This document shows, in pieces, positions 18,313-26,466 of a stretch of 31,095 bases of DNA. Position 1 is the first letter of the stretch. The number at the start of each line of letters is the position of its first letter. The notes beneath the pieces are model-generated. The model was not told the DNA's origin. It worked only from the letters and a program-made list of their open reading frames with translations, and did no database searches. The stretch comes from Calditrichia bacterium. Lineage in GTDB: Bacteria > Calditrichota > Calditrichia > RBG-13-44-9. Made by a program: the position numbers and the translations under genes. The stretch covers positions 1 through 31,095 of the forward strand of contig JARRQT010000058.1 of assembly GCA_037381445.1 (NCBI GenBank), in the 5' to 3' direction.

Positions 18313-18487
18313 TTGTTGAAGAATGGAATATTTATTTTATAAACAAGATGAATTAATTGGTAACATCTCCCTATTCATGACCGGGAATGTCCTTTTTTCG
18401 TTTTCCTTTGGAACGGAAAATTGGACAGGCCGGGATTCGGATTGAGCTGTTCTGATTTTGGGATTAACAAGAAATGAATTAGTGATA

Positions 18488-19774
18488 ATGACGTATTTTA
18501 AATTTGTAAAAAAATACCGGTTGTTTTCAAACTTCAGCCGCCGATTAATAAAGATATTTCATCGGTATGATTCATCCGGCAAAAAAATGATGAAAAACAT
18601 TACCCGGTTTATCCAGGACTGTTCGCGCTTTGGTATATGTCCGACCTTTCCCACAACGGCGCATGTCATTGATTCGCATTTTGATTTTTTTAAGCAATTT
18701 GACAAATCCGAAGCTGAGATAGCCCTTCATGGCTTCTACTTTAAGGACTATATTTCTCTCACTTCCCAAGAGAAAAAACAACTTTTGAACAGAAATATCA
18801 TGAAATTCTATGAAGCGGGTATACCCATTTACGGCATTCGTTTTCCCTATTTGAGGGCAGATGAACCCTGTTTAAATATGATAAAAGAACTGTCCATTGA
18901 TTATGATAACAGTTGTTCCTTCTGGTGGAATGTGGACGGTTGGGAGAATGGCAATAATGGCAAAATCATCGAAAAAATGAAGAAGCAATATAGCCCTTCC
19001 TTCCCGGAAAATGATTTTGTCCTCCCGTTTTTTAAAAATTCGCTGGTGAGAATCCCGGCCTCTTTGCCCGATGATGATCTGCTATGGGATCGTGCCGGAT
19101 TGAACAAAACCACAGAGCTGGAGGATGTCTGGAAAGAAATATTGCGAAGAACTTTGGAACGGGGTGAACTGTTTGTGCTTATTTTACATCCGGAACGCTA
19201 TGAATTTCTTCGTTCGCCCTTCCTGGGAGTTCTGAAGGAGATAAAAGAACAGAGAGATCAAATCTGGGTCCGGCCATTGCGCGATATCTCCGAATGGTGG
19301 CAAAAAAGAGCGCAGGCCTATATTGAGTGTGAATTTGCGGGAAAAAGAACAGTAAAGGTCCAAATTCAGCGCCCCAGGGAATTAAATTATGTTTTTTATA
19401 ATTTTCATCACAGCCGTAACATCAAACTGATCGGAATCTCGCAGTCGAATTTTGTAGTTGAGGAATTTGAGGTTCGGATGCCTACCTGGCCGGTTATCGG
19501 GATGGGACCAAAAACCTCCCGAGCTTTCCGGGAAATGCTTAAGAATCTGGGATTTTGGGTGGACGATGAATCGGGATTCCCGGAAATCTACAGCGTATAT
19601 TTTGAGGAAGACCCGGTAATGGAATCCAGGTATCAATGGCTCAGGGACTTTTTGGCAAAAAACAAAAATCCGCTGATCCGGTTCAATAACTGGCCCGAGA
19701 ATTTTCAATCAGCTTTTGCCGTAACCGGCGATATCGACGCCATGACAAGGCAGGATTTTTTCAGCAGGATATGA
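18488..19774 (+). CDS. Polysaccharide deacetylase (CE4/NodB-like) family protein
   Basis: PTFP, EIALHG, GIRFPYL, YDNS, RIP, LHPE motifs, plus a WP...AFAVTGDID motif at the C-terminus. Start is ATG 18488 or TTG 18458. Confidence 0.78.
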   Translation: MTYFKFVKKYRLFSNFSRRLIKIFHRYDSSGKKMMKNITRFIQDCSRFGICPTFPTTAHVIDSHFDFFKQFDKSEAEIALHGFYFKDYISLTSQEKKQLLNRNIMKFYEAGIPIYGIRFPYLRADEPCLNMIKELSIDYDNSCSFWWNVDGWENGNNGKIIEKMKKQYSPSFPENDFVLPFFKNSLVRIPASLPDDDLLWDRAGLNKTTELEDVWKEILRRTLERGELFVLILHPERYEFLRSPFLGVLKEIKEQRDQIWVRPLRDISEWWQKRAQAYIECEFAGKRTVKVQIQRPRELNYVFYNFHHSRNIKLIGISQSNFVVEEFEVRMPTWPVIGMGPKTSRAFREMLKNLGFWVDDESGFPEIYSVYFEEDPVMESRYQWLRDFLAKNKNPLIRFNNWPENFQSAFAVTGDIDAMTRQDFFSRI

Positions 19775-19825
19775 TGCCGGAGGATGGAAGAATAACTGTC
19801 TGCAAAATCAATCATTCCGCTGGTT

Positions 19826-20377
19826 CTATTCAAAAATTTTCACGAAATGCCTCTCAAAAATGTCGACTGACTGTGAGCCCAACAGACAAATTCGCACTTC
19901 AGATAAGGAGCCCTTTGGACGATTCCGGAGATATTCCCGAATGGTGTTCAGCATAATATCCGCGCAGCGATCCATGGGGAAACCGAAAATGCCGGCGCTG
20001 ATGGCGGGAAGGGAAATGATTGATAAATTGTTCTCTTCCGCCAGTTTCAGGCTGTTTCGTACCGCACTTTCTAATTTGCCGTCTTCATCGCCTTCTCCCC
20101 AGCGGGGACCCACGGCGTGGATAACAAATTTGGCGGGCAGTTTGCCTGCTCCGGTAATGGCTGCTTCGCCGACCCCCACATAGCCGATCTCGTTGCTTTC
20201 CTTTTGAATCGAGGGGCCGCCTTTTCGAACGATGGCGCCTGCTACGCCTCCGCCATGCCGCAGATGAGAATTCGCGGCATTCACAATCGCATCGACCTTT
20301 TCTTCGGTAAGGTCGCCCTCAATTAATTTCAGGATCTTGCCGGATACAATCTCTTTTTGGGTAATTTCCCGATTCAT
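19826..20377 (-). CDS. Macro domain protein (O-acetyl-ADP-ribose deacetylase / ADP-ribosylhydrolase, YmdB-like)
   Basis: GDLT, DAIVNAAN, HGGGVAGAI, VIHAVGP, PAISAGIFGFP. ATG 20377 follows GGGGA; alternative start at 20401. Confidence 0.93.
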   Translation of the reverse strand: MNREITQKEIVSGKILKLIEGDLTEEKVDAIVNAANSHLRHGGGVAGAIVRKGGPSIQKESNEIGYVGVGEAAITGAGKLPAKFVIHAVGPRWGEGDEDGKLESAVRNSLKLAEENNLSIISLPAISAGIFGFPMDRCADIMLNTIREYLRNRPKGSLSEVRICLLGSQSVDIFERHFVKIFE

Positions 20378-20413
20378 CTTTTTATCCCCGCTCTTTAACA
20401 TTTGATTTGCTCC

Positions 20414-20442
20414 AATATAATTGTCGGCGGCTGTTTTGTCAA
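20414..20442 (-). promoter_or_regulatory. Sigma70-type promoter of the macro domain gene
   Basis: TTGACA-17 nt-TATATT on the minus strand. Confidence 0.7.
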
Positions 20443-20659
20443 TTCCGGGTTTTGCGATCTGTTTCAGGCCATGCCTGGGGAAGGCGCTTTTAATTTCTGC
20501 AAACAGAATTTATCATCCCATTATCTGTCTCTTAACAGATGGATCCGACAATTTCGAACAGCCAACTTCTGCCGTTGCAGCCCGAGTCAAAAAGCAGGCA
20601 GAAATTTTTTAATGGCGAAACAGATAAATTCTATGTCCGTAAACCGCAGGTGAACGGTG

Positions 20660-20688
20660 TTGATTAACAAGACCGCCTTTTTTAAATT
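20660..20688 (+). promoter_or_regulatory. Sigma70-type promoter of the CoA-binding protein gene
   Basis: TTGATT-17 nt-TAAATT, with an AAGGA SD before ATG 20717. Confidence 0.65.
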
Positions 20689-20716
20689 ATAGTTCATAAT
20701 TTGGAAAGGACCAAAA

Positions 20717-21190
20717 ATGAAAACATCTCTTGAGCAGGTAAATTCGTTTCTGGGGAAAAAACGCCTGGTTGTTTTGGGCGTTTCAAGAGATCCGCAGGAT
20801 TTCTCGCACCGACTTTTTCAGGAGTTTGGAAAGAGGGGATATGGGGCGATTCCGGTAAATCCGAATGCAGATGAGATTGATAATCAGCTGTGTTTTTCCG
20901 GTTTGAAGGAGCTTCAGTCGCCGGTAGAGGCAGCCTTGATCATGACACCGATCAATCTCACTGATAATGCATTGGCGGATTGTATAAATGCCGGAGTTGA
21001 GAATATTTGGATTTATAATTCAAAGGGATTTGAGACCCTCAATTCCGATACGCTTGAATTATGCCGTCAAAAGAATGTTAACCTGATTACCGGATTATGC
21101 CCTTACATGTTCTGGTCCGACTCCTCCTGGTTTCACCGGTTTCATGGGTGGGTGATGAAAATGACTGGCGGTTATCCCAAATCGAAGTGA
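20717..21190 (+). CDS. CoA-binding protein (YccU/CoA_binding_2-like)
   Basis: VLGVSR, GY..IPVNP, AGV.NIWI, GLCPYMF...FHRFHG. Confidence 0.88.
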   Translation: MKTSLEQVNSFLGKKRLVVLGVSRDPQDFSHRLFQEFGKRGYGAIPVNPNADEIDNQLCFSGLKELQSPVEAALIMTPINLTDNALADCINAGVENIWIYNSKGFETLNSDTLELCRQKNVNLITGLCPYMFWSDSSWFHRFHGWVMKMTGGYPKSK

Positions 21191-21241
21191 GATGAAAGTA
21201 AATACTTATTCCATAATACCTGATATTTAATTCGAAAGGAA

Positions 21242-21877
21242 GTGACTGTGGGACCCAAGCTATGTCCGAAAATTATTCTGGAAGGCACCCGTCTGACTTT
21301 CAAAACGGAAATCGCTTTTACCTTAAATGAGCATCCCCGCATTGTGGGGCCTCGCAAATACCGCTATCATTCACCGCTGATCTCGGCAGAATGGTGTGCG
21401 TTTACAAATTTCCCCTGGGGCAGAGGGCTCATCAATTTCGAACCCCAGGAAGAGAAGATGGCAATGGAAACCTACCAGACCTGGCTGAGATTGTTTGAAT
21501 TGCAGCGCTATTATTCGTGGATCGTGGACCGGTTTCATATTTCCACGAAAATGTTTCAGAAACAGAGATATGGCAAAGACTACGATTTCGAATGGATGGA
21601 GGAACGGCTGGCCGATCTGGGATTTCATCTGGTGTTTTGCTACCGTACGCCGGAATCCTTTGAAGCTGCGCGAGAAGAAAGGCTGAAAGTTTCCGGTAAT
21701 CCGGGACAGTATGATGATCTGCAGCAGTTTGTGGAAGAGCAGAAGATTGCCCGTGAAATGGTCCGGCAGTCGATGCTGCCAAGTTTGGAACTTGATGTCT
21801 CCGATAATGATGTTCCGGCAGCTGCCGGGCATGTTGCCGACTGGCTGGAAGAAACCGGCGGATTGTGGGCGAAATAG
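21242..21877 (+). CDS. Hypothetical protein, probable thymidylate/nucleoside-monophosphate kinase-like fold with a degenerate P-loop
   Basis: IILEGTRLTFKTE at the P-loop position, IVDRFHIS DR-motif, terminal ELDVS strand. Start is GTG 21242 or 21248. Confidence 0.6.
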   Translation: MTVGPKLCPKIILEGTRLTFKTEIAFTLNEHPRIVGPRKYRYHSPLISAEWCAFTNFPWGRGLINFEPQEEKMAMETYQTWLRLFELQRYYSWIVDRFHISTKMFQKQRYGKDYDFEWMEERLADLGFHLVFCYRTPESFEAAREERLKVSGNPGQYDDLQQFVEEQKIAREMVRQSMLPSLELDVSDNDVPAAAGHVADWLEETGGLWAK

Positions 21878-21967
21878 GATACACCGTCAGTTGTGAGCCA
21901 TGGGGGCTGACTCTATCATTGTTTGTTGGACTGACTTGAATAATACGCCGCATATGAAGGGAATGGA

Positions 21968-22393
21968 ATGGACCATGTGGTTTATCTGGATGCAGCCGGT
22001 CACGAATATGAAAAAATGCTGGCCGAAACGAAAACTATGATCATCCGCGGGGCAGCGGGCCGCAAGATGCCCTACGGGCGCGTCTCTGACGGCGATATGC
22101 TTTATTTTATGAATAATGACGGTGAGGGATTGGTCAAACTGAAAGCGCGCGTAAAAACCGTTTTCAATTCCGGGAAAATGTCATTTGAGGAATCTGCGGG
22201 CCTGGTAGGGGATAACCAGAACCTGCTTCAACTGGAGGAAAAACAGATAAAACGCTGGGCGGGAAAACGCTATCTGGTGCTGATCACCGTCGAAGATGTC
22301 CGGGAAATCGATCCTTTCCCCATCGATAAAAGCAGTTTCGGCAATATGGATGACTGGCTGCCGGTGGGTGATATCAATCGGGTGAAATTGTAG
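21968..22393 (+). CDS. Hypothetical protein, ASCH/PUA-like domain
   Basis: EKMLAETKTMIIRG (ASCH-like xxKxxxxR), V..GD.LYF, G.V..KARV, 141 aa. Confidence 0.6.
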   Translation: MDHVVYLDAAGHEYEKMLAETKTMIIRGAAGRKMPYGRVSDGDMLYFMNNDGEGLVKLKARVKTVFNSGKMSFEESAGLVGDNQNLLQLEEKQIKRWAGKRYLVLITVEDVREIDPFPIDKSSFGNMDDWLPVGDINRVKL

Positions 22394-22526
22394 CGGAAAC
22401 CCAATCTCCCAAAATGATTGTCCTGATTGATGTGCGCAGCGGTGTCTATCTGGTGTTCAAAAACCTGACACATTTCAATTGAGTGGATCACGCTTTGAAG
22501 TTCATTAACCTGAAGGCTTAAGAAAC

Positions 22527-24650
22527 ATGAAAAAGACAATTTTACCTTATCTGATTTTGTGTACCAGCATCCTGTTTTTCACTACCTCTGTTTTTTCACA
22601 GGAGGGGGATCTTCAAAATCAGTTCCAAAAATATTATCAAAACGGGGAATTTGGAAAGGCGCTGGAAATCCAGCATAAGCTGCTGGAAGAGCAATCCGGT
22701 AATCCTGATATGCTCTATTCGATGGGATGTCTGTATTCCCTGCTGAATCAGAAAGAGAATGCTCTGGACTGGCTGAATAGATCGGCTGAACACGGTTTTG
22801 CCAATTACATATGGGCTAGTCAGGATGCCGATCTGGAAAACGTGAGGGATCTGCCGCAATTCAGCAATATTCTCCGACACATGAAAAAGAATCTCGGCGT
22901 GCCCGGTCCGGGAAAATCCATAACGCTGAGGGAAGGGTTTTGGACAGATATCCTGCTTCAGGATTCGGCTTTCAGCTATCCGAAAGTTGAGGCGTCCTTA
23001 TCCTATGACACTGCTGCCCTGCGCATAAAAGCCGTCGTTCACGATCTTCATTTTCTGGATGGAAATCGCAGCTTTCGTTACGGAGACGGCTTCATGCTGA
23101 ATTTCGTATTTCCCCGCGAGAAGAACGGAGTGGAGAGCGATGAATATTATACCTACGGATTCTCGCTGGAGAATAAAACGCCGGCTGGGGTTTGCGTGGT
23201 TCAGAGGAAAAAGGGGTATTCGCTGCGGCATTACAGGGAAATTGCGCCCGAAATCAGCATCGACTCCACAAAGCATGAAGCACATTACGCTATTATCCTT
23301 CCCTGGTCTTTCCTCTTTCCCTTCCGCCCCTTGCTCGACAAGCAGGCGGGAATCAATATTCAGTACACTTCTCAGAGGGAAAACGGAGGCCGCAGCGTTT
23401 TGCAATGGGTAGAGGATCCCTATTTTGATACAGAACTGACCAACATACGGCGTTATGCTCTTCTGACATTTATGCCGTCCGGAAAGTCAGAAACGCAGAT
23501 CACCGGCGCGCTGAAATCCCGCTGGTTGGAGGGAAATGAAGTGGAGTTAAAGGCAGGGATATTTTCTCCTGAGGTCCAAAATTCCCGGATTACTTATGCC
23601 CTCACGGATTCGGCAGGCAATATTCTTTTACAGAAAAACGACGATGTCGCGCTGAACTCCGGAGCCAACTATTTTTCGAAAACTATCGCCGTACCTGCTC
23701 TGAAGGAAGGGCGCTATAAAATAGTGGCGTCTCTTGCCGGAAAAAAGCAGTGGGCGGAAGAATTCTATGGAATCGACAGTAGCAGATACGCTGATTTAAA
23801 ACACAATATCAGCTGTTTTGCAGCTGAAGGCGAGCAGCCGCTGCTGGATAACAGTATTTACACCTTACGCTATAAAATGGATCAGTTGGACAACTCGATA
23901 AACGAATTGGGCCCGCGGGATGATCCATTTCCTTTGGCTGCACAACTGGCGGAACTAAGGAAATCTGTAAAAGATTTGGAGGATGGAAAAAACGTATTCA
24001 CTCGCACCGGGTATATGCTGGCGGCTTTCCGCTCCTCCATCGACAGCAGCTTACAGCCTTATTCGCTGTACTTGCCGAAAGGTCTTGCATCGGATAAAAA
24101 ATACCACCTGCTGGTGGCGCTGCATGGCAGCGGTGTGGATGAACACGGGACTGCGGTCAATGTGGGGGAAAATCATGCGGATGATAATACCATCGTGGTC
24201 GCTCCCCGCGGCAGGGGATTAAGCGATTTTTACACCGGAAAATCCGAACAGGATGCTCTTGATGTGATAAATACGGCGCAGAAAATGTTCCATACTAACA
24301 AAACCATTCTCTATGGATTTTCCATGGGAGGATACGGCTGCTGGCGCTTAAGTTTTTTGCATCCCGAACTGTTTGACGGCGTTATCGTCGCATCGGGAAT
24401 TCCCTATAATTCCCGTCAGAATATTCCTCAAAATGATATGAGAAACTATATCGGGCAGTCAAAACATATCCCGTACCTGGTATTTCACGGGACAGCAGAC
24501 CGATCGCTGGATATCACGGCTACGGATAACTTTGTCCAAACCCTGCTCAATAACGGATACCGGATTGATTATCATCGCATTGCCGGCGCCGGCCACGGGA
24601 ATTATGATATAGCGGAGATCGTTCGGCAATGGATAAAAAAACTGTTGTAA
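22527..24650 (+). CDS. Secreted multidomain alpha/beta hydrolase (TPR + DOMON/CBM9-like + Ig-like + S9/esterase-like catalytic domain)
   Basis: Signal peptide; YSMGCLYS..AL.WL..S...GF....A.QDADLENVR repeat; LVALHGSG, nucleophile elbow GFSMGG, HGTAD, GAGH catalytic triad. Confidence 0.82.
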   Translation: MKKTILPYLILCTSILFFTTSVFSQEGDLQNQFQKYYQNGEFGKALEIQHKLLEEQSGNPDMLYSMGCLYSLLNQKENALDWLNRSAEHGFANYIWASQDADLENVRDLPQFSNILRHMKKNLGVPGPGKSITLREGFWTDILLQDSAFSYPKVEASLSYDTAALRIKAVVHDLHFLDGNRSFRYGDGFMLNFVFPREKNGVESDEYYTYGFSLENKTPAGVCVVQRKKGYSLRHYREIAPEISIDSTKHEAHYAIILPWSFLFPFRPLLDKQAGINIQYTSQRENGGRSVLQWVEDPYFDTELTNIRRYALLTFMPSGKSETQITGALKSRWLEGNEVELKAGIFSPEVQNSRITYALTDSAGNILLQKNDDVALNSGANYFSKTIAVPALKEGRYKIVASLAGKKQWAEEFYGIDSSRYADLKHNISCFAAEGEQPLLDNSIYTLRYKMDQLDNSINELGPRDDPFPLAAQLAELRKSVKDLEDGKNVFTRTGYMLAAFRSSIDSSLQPYSLYLPKGLASDKKYHLLVALHGSGVDEHGTAVNVGENHADDNTIVVAPRGRGLSDFYTGKSEQDALDVINTAQKMFHTNKTILYGFSMGGYGCWRLSFLHPELFDGVIVASGIPYNSRQNIPQNDMRNYIGQSKHIPYLVFHGTADRSLDITATDNFVQTLLNNGYRIDYHRIAGAGHGNYDIAEIVRQWIKKLL

Positions 24651-24725
24651 TCGACCGGAATCCTGTTTATAGATGAAAGAGATAATTTTTTTGCGGTGAA
24701 ATATGAACCGGATGAAAAAGGAAAA

Positions 24726-26264
24726 ATGCCGAGACTGAAATTTTTATTCATCCTGTTTTTAACGCTGATCTTCGCTGTTTCATGCAGCGATTCAAACAGG
24801 ATTTACCATTTTAATTTCCATAAAAAATGGCACTGGACCGATCTGGAAAAAAACGCCGGTGATCCGCGGACCCGGCAGGAAATCAGGCAATTGAAAGAAC
24901 TGTTATCCATTGATGACGCCAGATTTCTGCTCCGGGAAATTTCCGAATTGCACAACCCTGCCCAGATTAAAAATTTATACGGTATTCAGCATCTGCAAAA
25001 AAAGCTGGGAGGCGATTTCTATGGCGTTATTCCGGATCAGCTTGATACCGCCGACACGATTCCGGTCCCGGATAATTTCGGGTCGCTGATCCGCAGCGCC
25101 CTGTTTCTTGCCCAAAAGCGGGCAGGCACCCTCGCTGCAATTGAAAAGACCCCTTATCCCCTGAATTTTAAAAACGGGGATTTCCCCGAAATGGAAGCCG
25201 TGCAGTCGCCCGCATCCATGAAACTGGAACTGGATCTCAGCGGGATGGAGGCGCTTCTGAAAGTATTTCAAAAAGATACCGTGCAATTTGAGGAAGCGAT
25301 GCGGATTGCCGGGCTTCCCGTATTTACGGAAATGCTGAAACATCGCCGGAATCTGGGCTACATCCCGGAGCCCATTGCGAATGAGGAAAGTCTGGCCCGT
25401 TTTATTCAATACTCGGTGAGCCGCAAACCGCTGGCCATGATTTGGAAATGGATGAATCCCTGGAATTATTTTAATCTTGCGGACATATCCCTGAACCTGG
25501 AAAAGTATGAAAAGACTATCAACTCCCTGCAGAAGCATAAGCAACAGATAGAAAATGAGGTGATGGGAAGAATCGCTCTGTTTGCGCCGGACAGTATTCA
25601 GTTTCAGGAGCAATTCGGTATTGGGGTTAATTGGGGAATCCGGGGATGGGCCGCCGAAAAAACAAGCGGGATGAATATCGTGTATTTTAAGGATGATTAC
25701 AGCCGCATGCTGCAGACCATCACCCATGAAATTTACCATCGCCTGCAGCTTCGGGAATATCCGGTTGACGACTCCCTGAAGGAAAAATCTCCCCGCACCT
25801 TTGAAGACCTGTATGCGTATCGTTTCCCAGGGAAGAAAGACAGGCGGTTTTACCAAACGCTCACGCTCATCTATCTGGAAGGATCTGCCTCCTATGTCGG
25901 GGGAATTGACTCCAGCCGGAATGTAGTGCAGCATGCTGCGGAGGGAATGAACCTCCTCAACGAAATTTACCGGCAGATATATGTGAAGAACGATTTTGAT
26001 GCGGCAGAGAGGCTTGAAAATCAGGGGCTTCGCTCCAACGGGCCATTCTATGATCTGGGCTATTTTATGACGGAAAAAATTGTGGCGGCTGGCGGGACCA
26101 AAAAAATGGGCAACCTGCTGCGCAGGGGAAGTATGGAATTTTTCATGGAATATAATAAATTTTTGAATGCGGCCTCAAACGACACGATTCCGGAAATACT
26201 TTATCCAAAGGGAAGTCTTGTCAAAAAATTGGAGGATCTTTATGGGCTTTTCCGGAGAAATTGA
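24726..26264 (+). CDS. Putative Zn-dependent protease lipoprotein (DUF5700-like gluzincin)
   Basis: Lipobox AVSC, HEIYH with downstream LEGSASY, GPFYDLGY.M. ATG 24726 follows AAGGA (ORF track starts at GTG 24696). Confidence 0.72.
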   Translation: MPRLKFLFILFLTLIFAVSCSDSNRIYHFNFHKKWHWTDLEKNAGDPRTRQEIRQLKELLSIDDARFLLREISELHNPAQIKNLYGIQHLQKKLGGDFYGVIPDQLDTADTIPVPDNFGSLIRSALFLAQKRAGTLAAIEKTPYPLNFKNGDFPEMEAVQSPASMKLELDLSGMEALLKVFQKDTVQFEEAMRIAGLPVFTEMLKHRRNLGYIPEPIANEESLARFIQYSVSRKPLAMIWKWMNPWNYFNLADISLNLEKYEKTINSLQKHKQQIENEVMGRIALFAPDSIQFQEQFGIGVNWGIRGWAAEKTSGMNIVYFKDDYSRMLQTITHEIYHRLQLREYPVDDSLKEKSPRTFEDLYAYRFPGKKDRRFYQTLTLIYLEGSASYVGGIDSSRNVVQHAAEGMNLLNEIYRQIYVKNDFDAAERLENQGLRSNGPFYDLGYFMTEKIVAAGGTKKMGNLLRRGSMEFFMEYNKFLNAASNDTIPEILYPKGSLVKKLEDLYGLFRRN

Positions 26265-26422
26265 ACGGGCCCCAAAGCTGTGAAACGGATACTGACAGGG
26301 AATTCCCTTTAAGATCCATCTGGTTGTTCTTTTACCGGGAGGAATTCTTGAGAAATGCAAAATATAGTTCTCCTGAAATTCTGCTGTGCCGGGGGATTCC
26401 CCGCTGCTGATCTACCAACCGC

Positions 26423-26451
26423 TTGACTTTATTGAAATTTCCCGATAAATT
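26423..26451 (+). promoter_or_regulatory. Sigma70-type promoter of the K+ channel gene
   Basis: TTGACT-17 nt-TAAATT. Confidence 0.7.
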
Positions 26452-26466
26452 TTCTCCATAATCAGA

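Noticed and set aside
24975..25934. 319 aa antisense ORF, and similar shadow ORFs at 1495-2262, 5187-5795, 8735-9379 and 13953-14510
   Set aside because: They lie wholly opposite well-supported genes, have no recognisable motifs, and are expected from codon bias.
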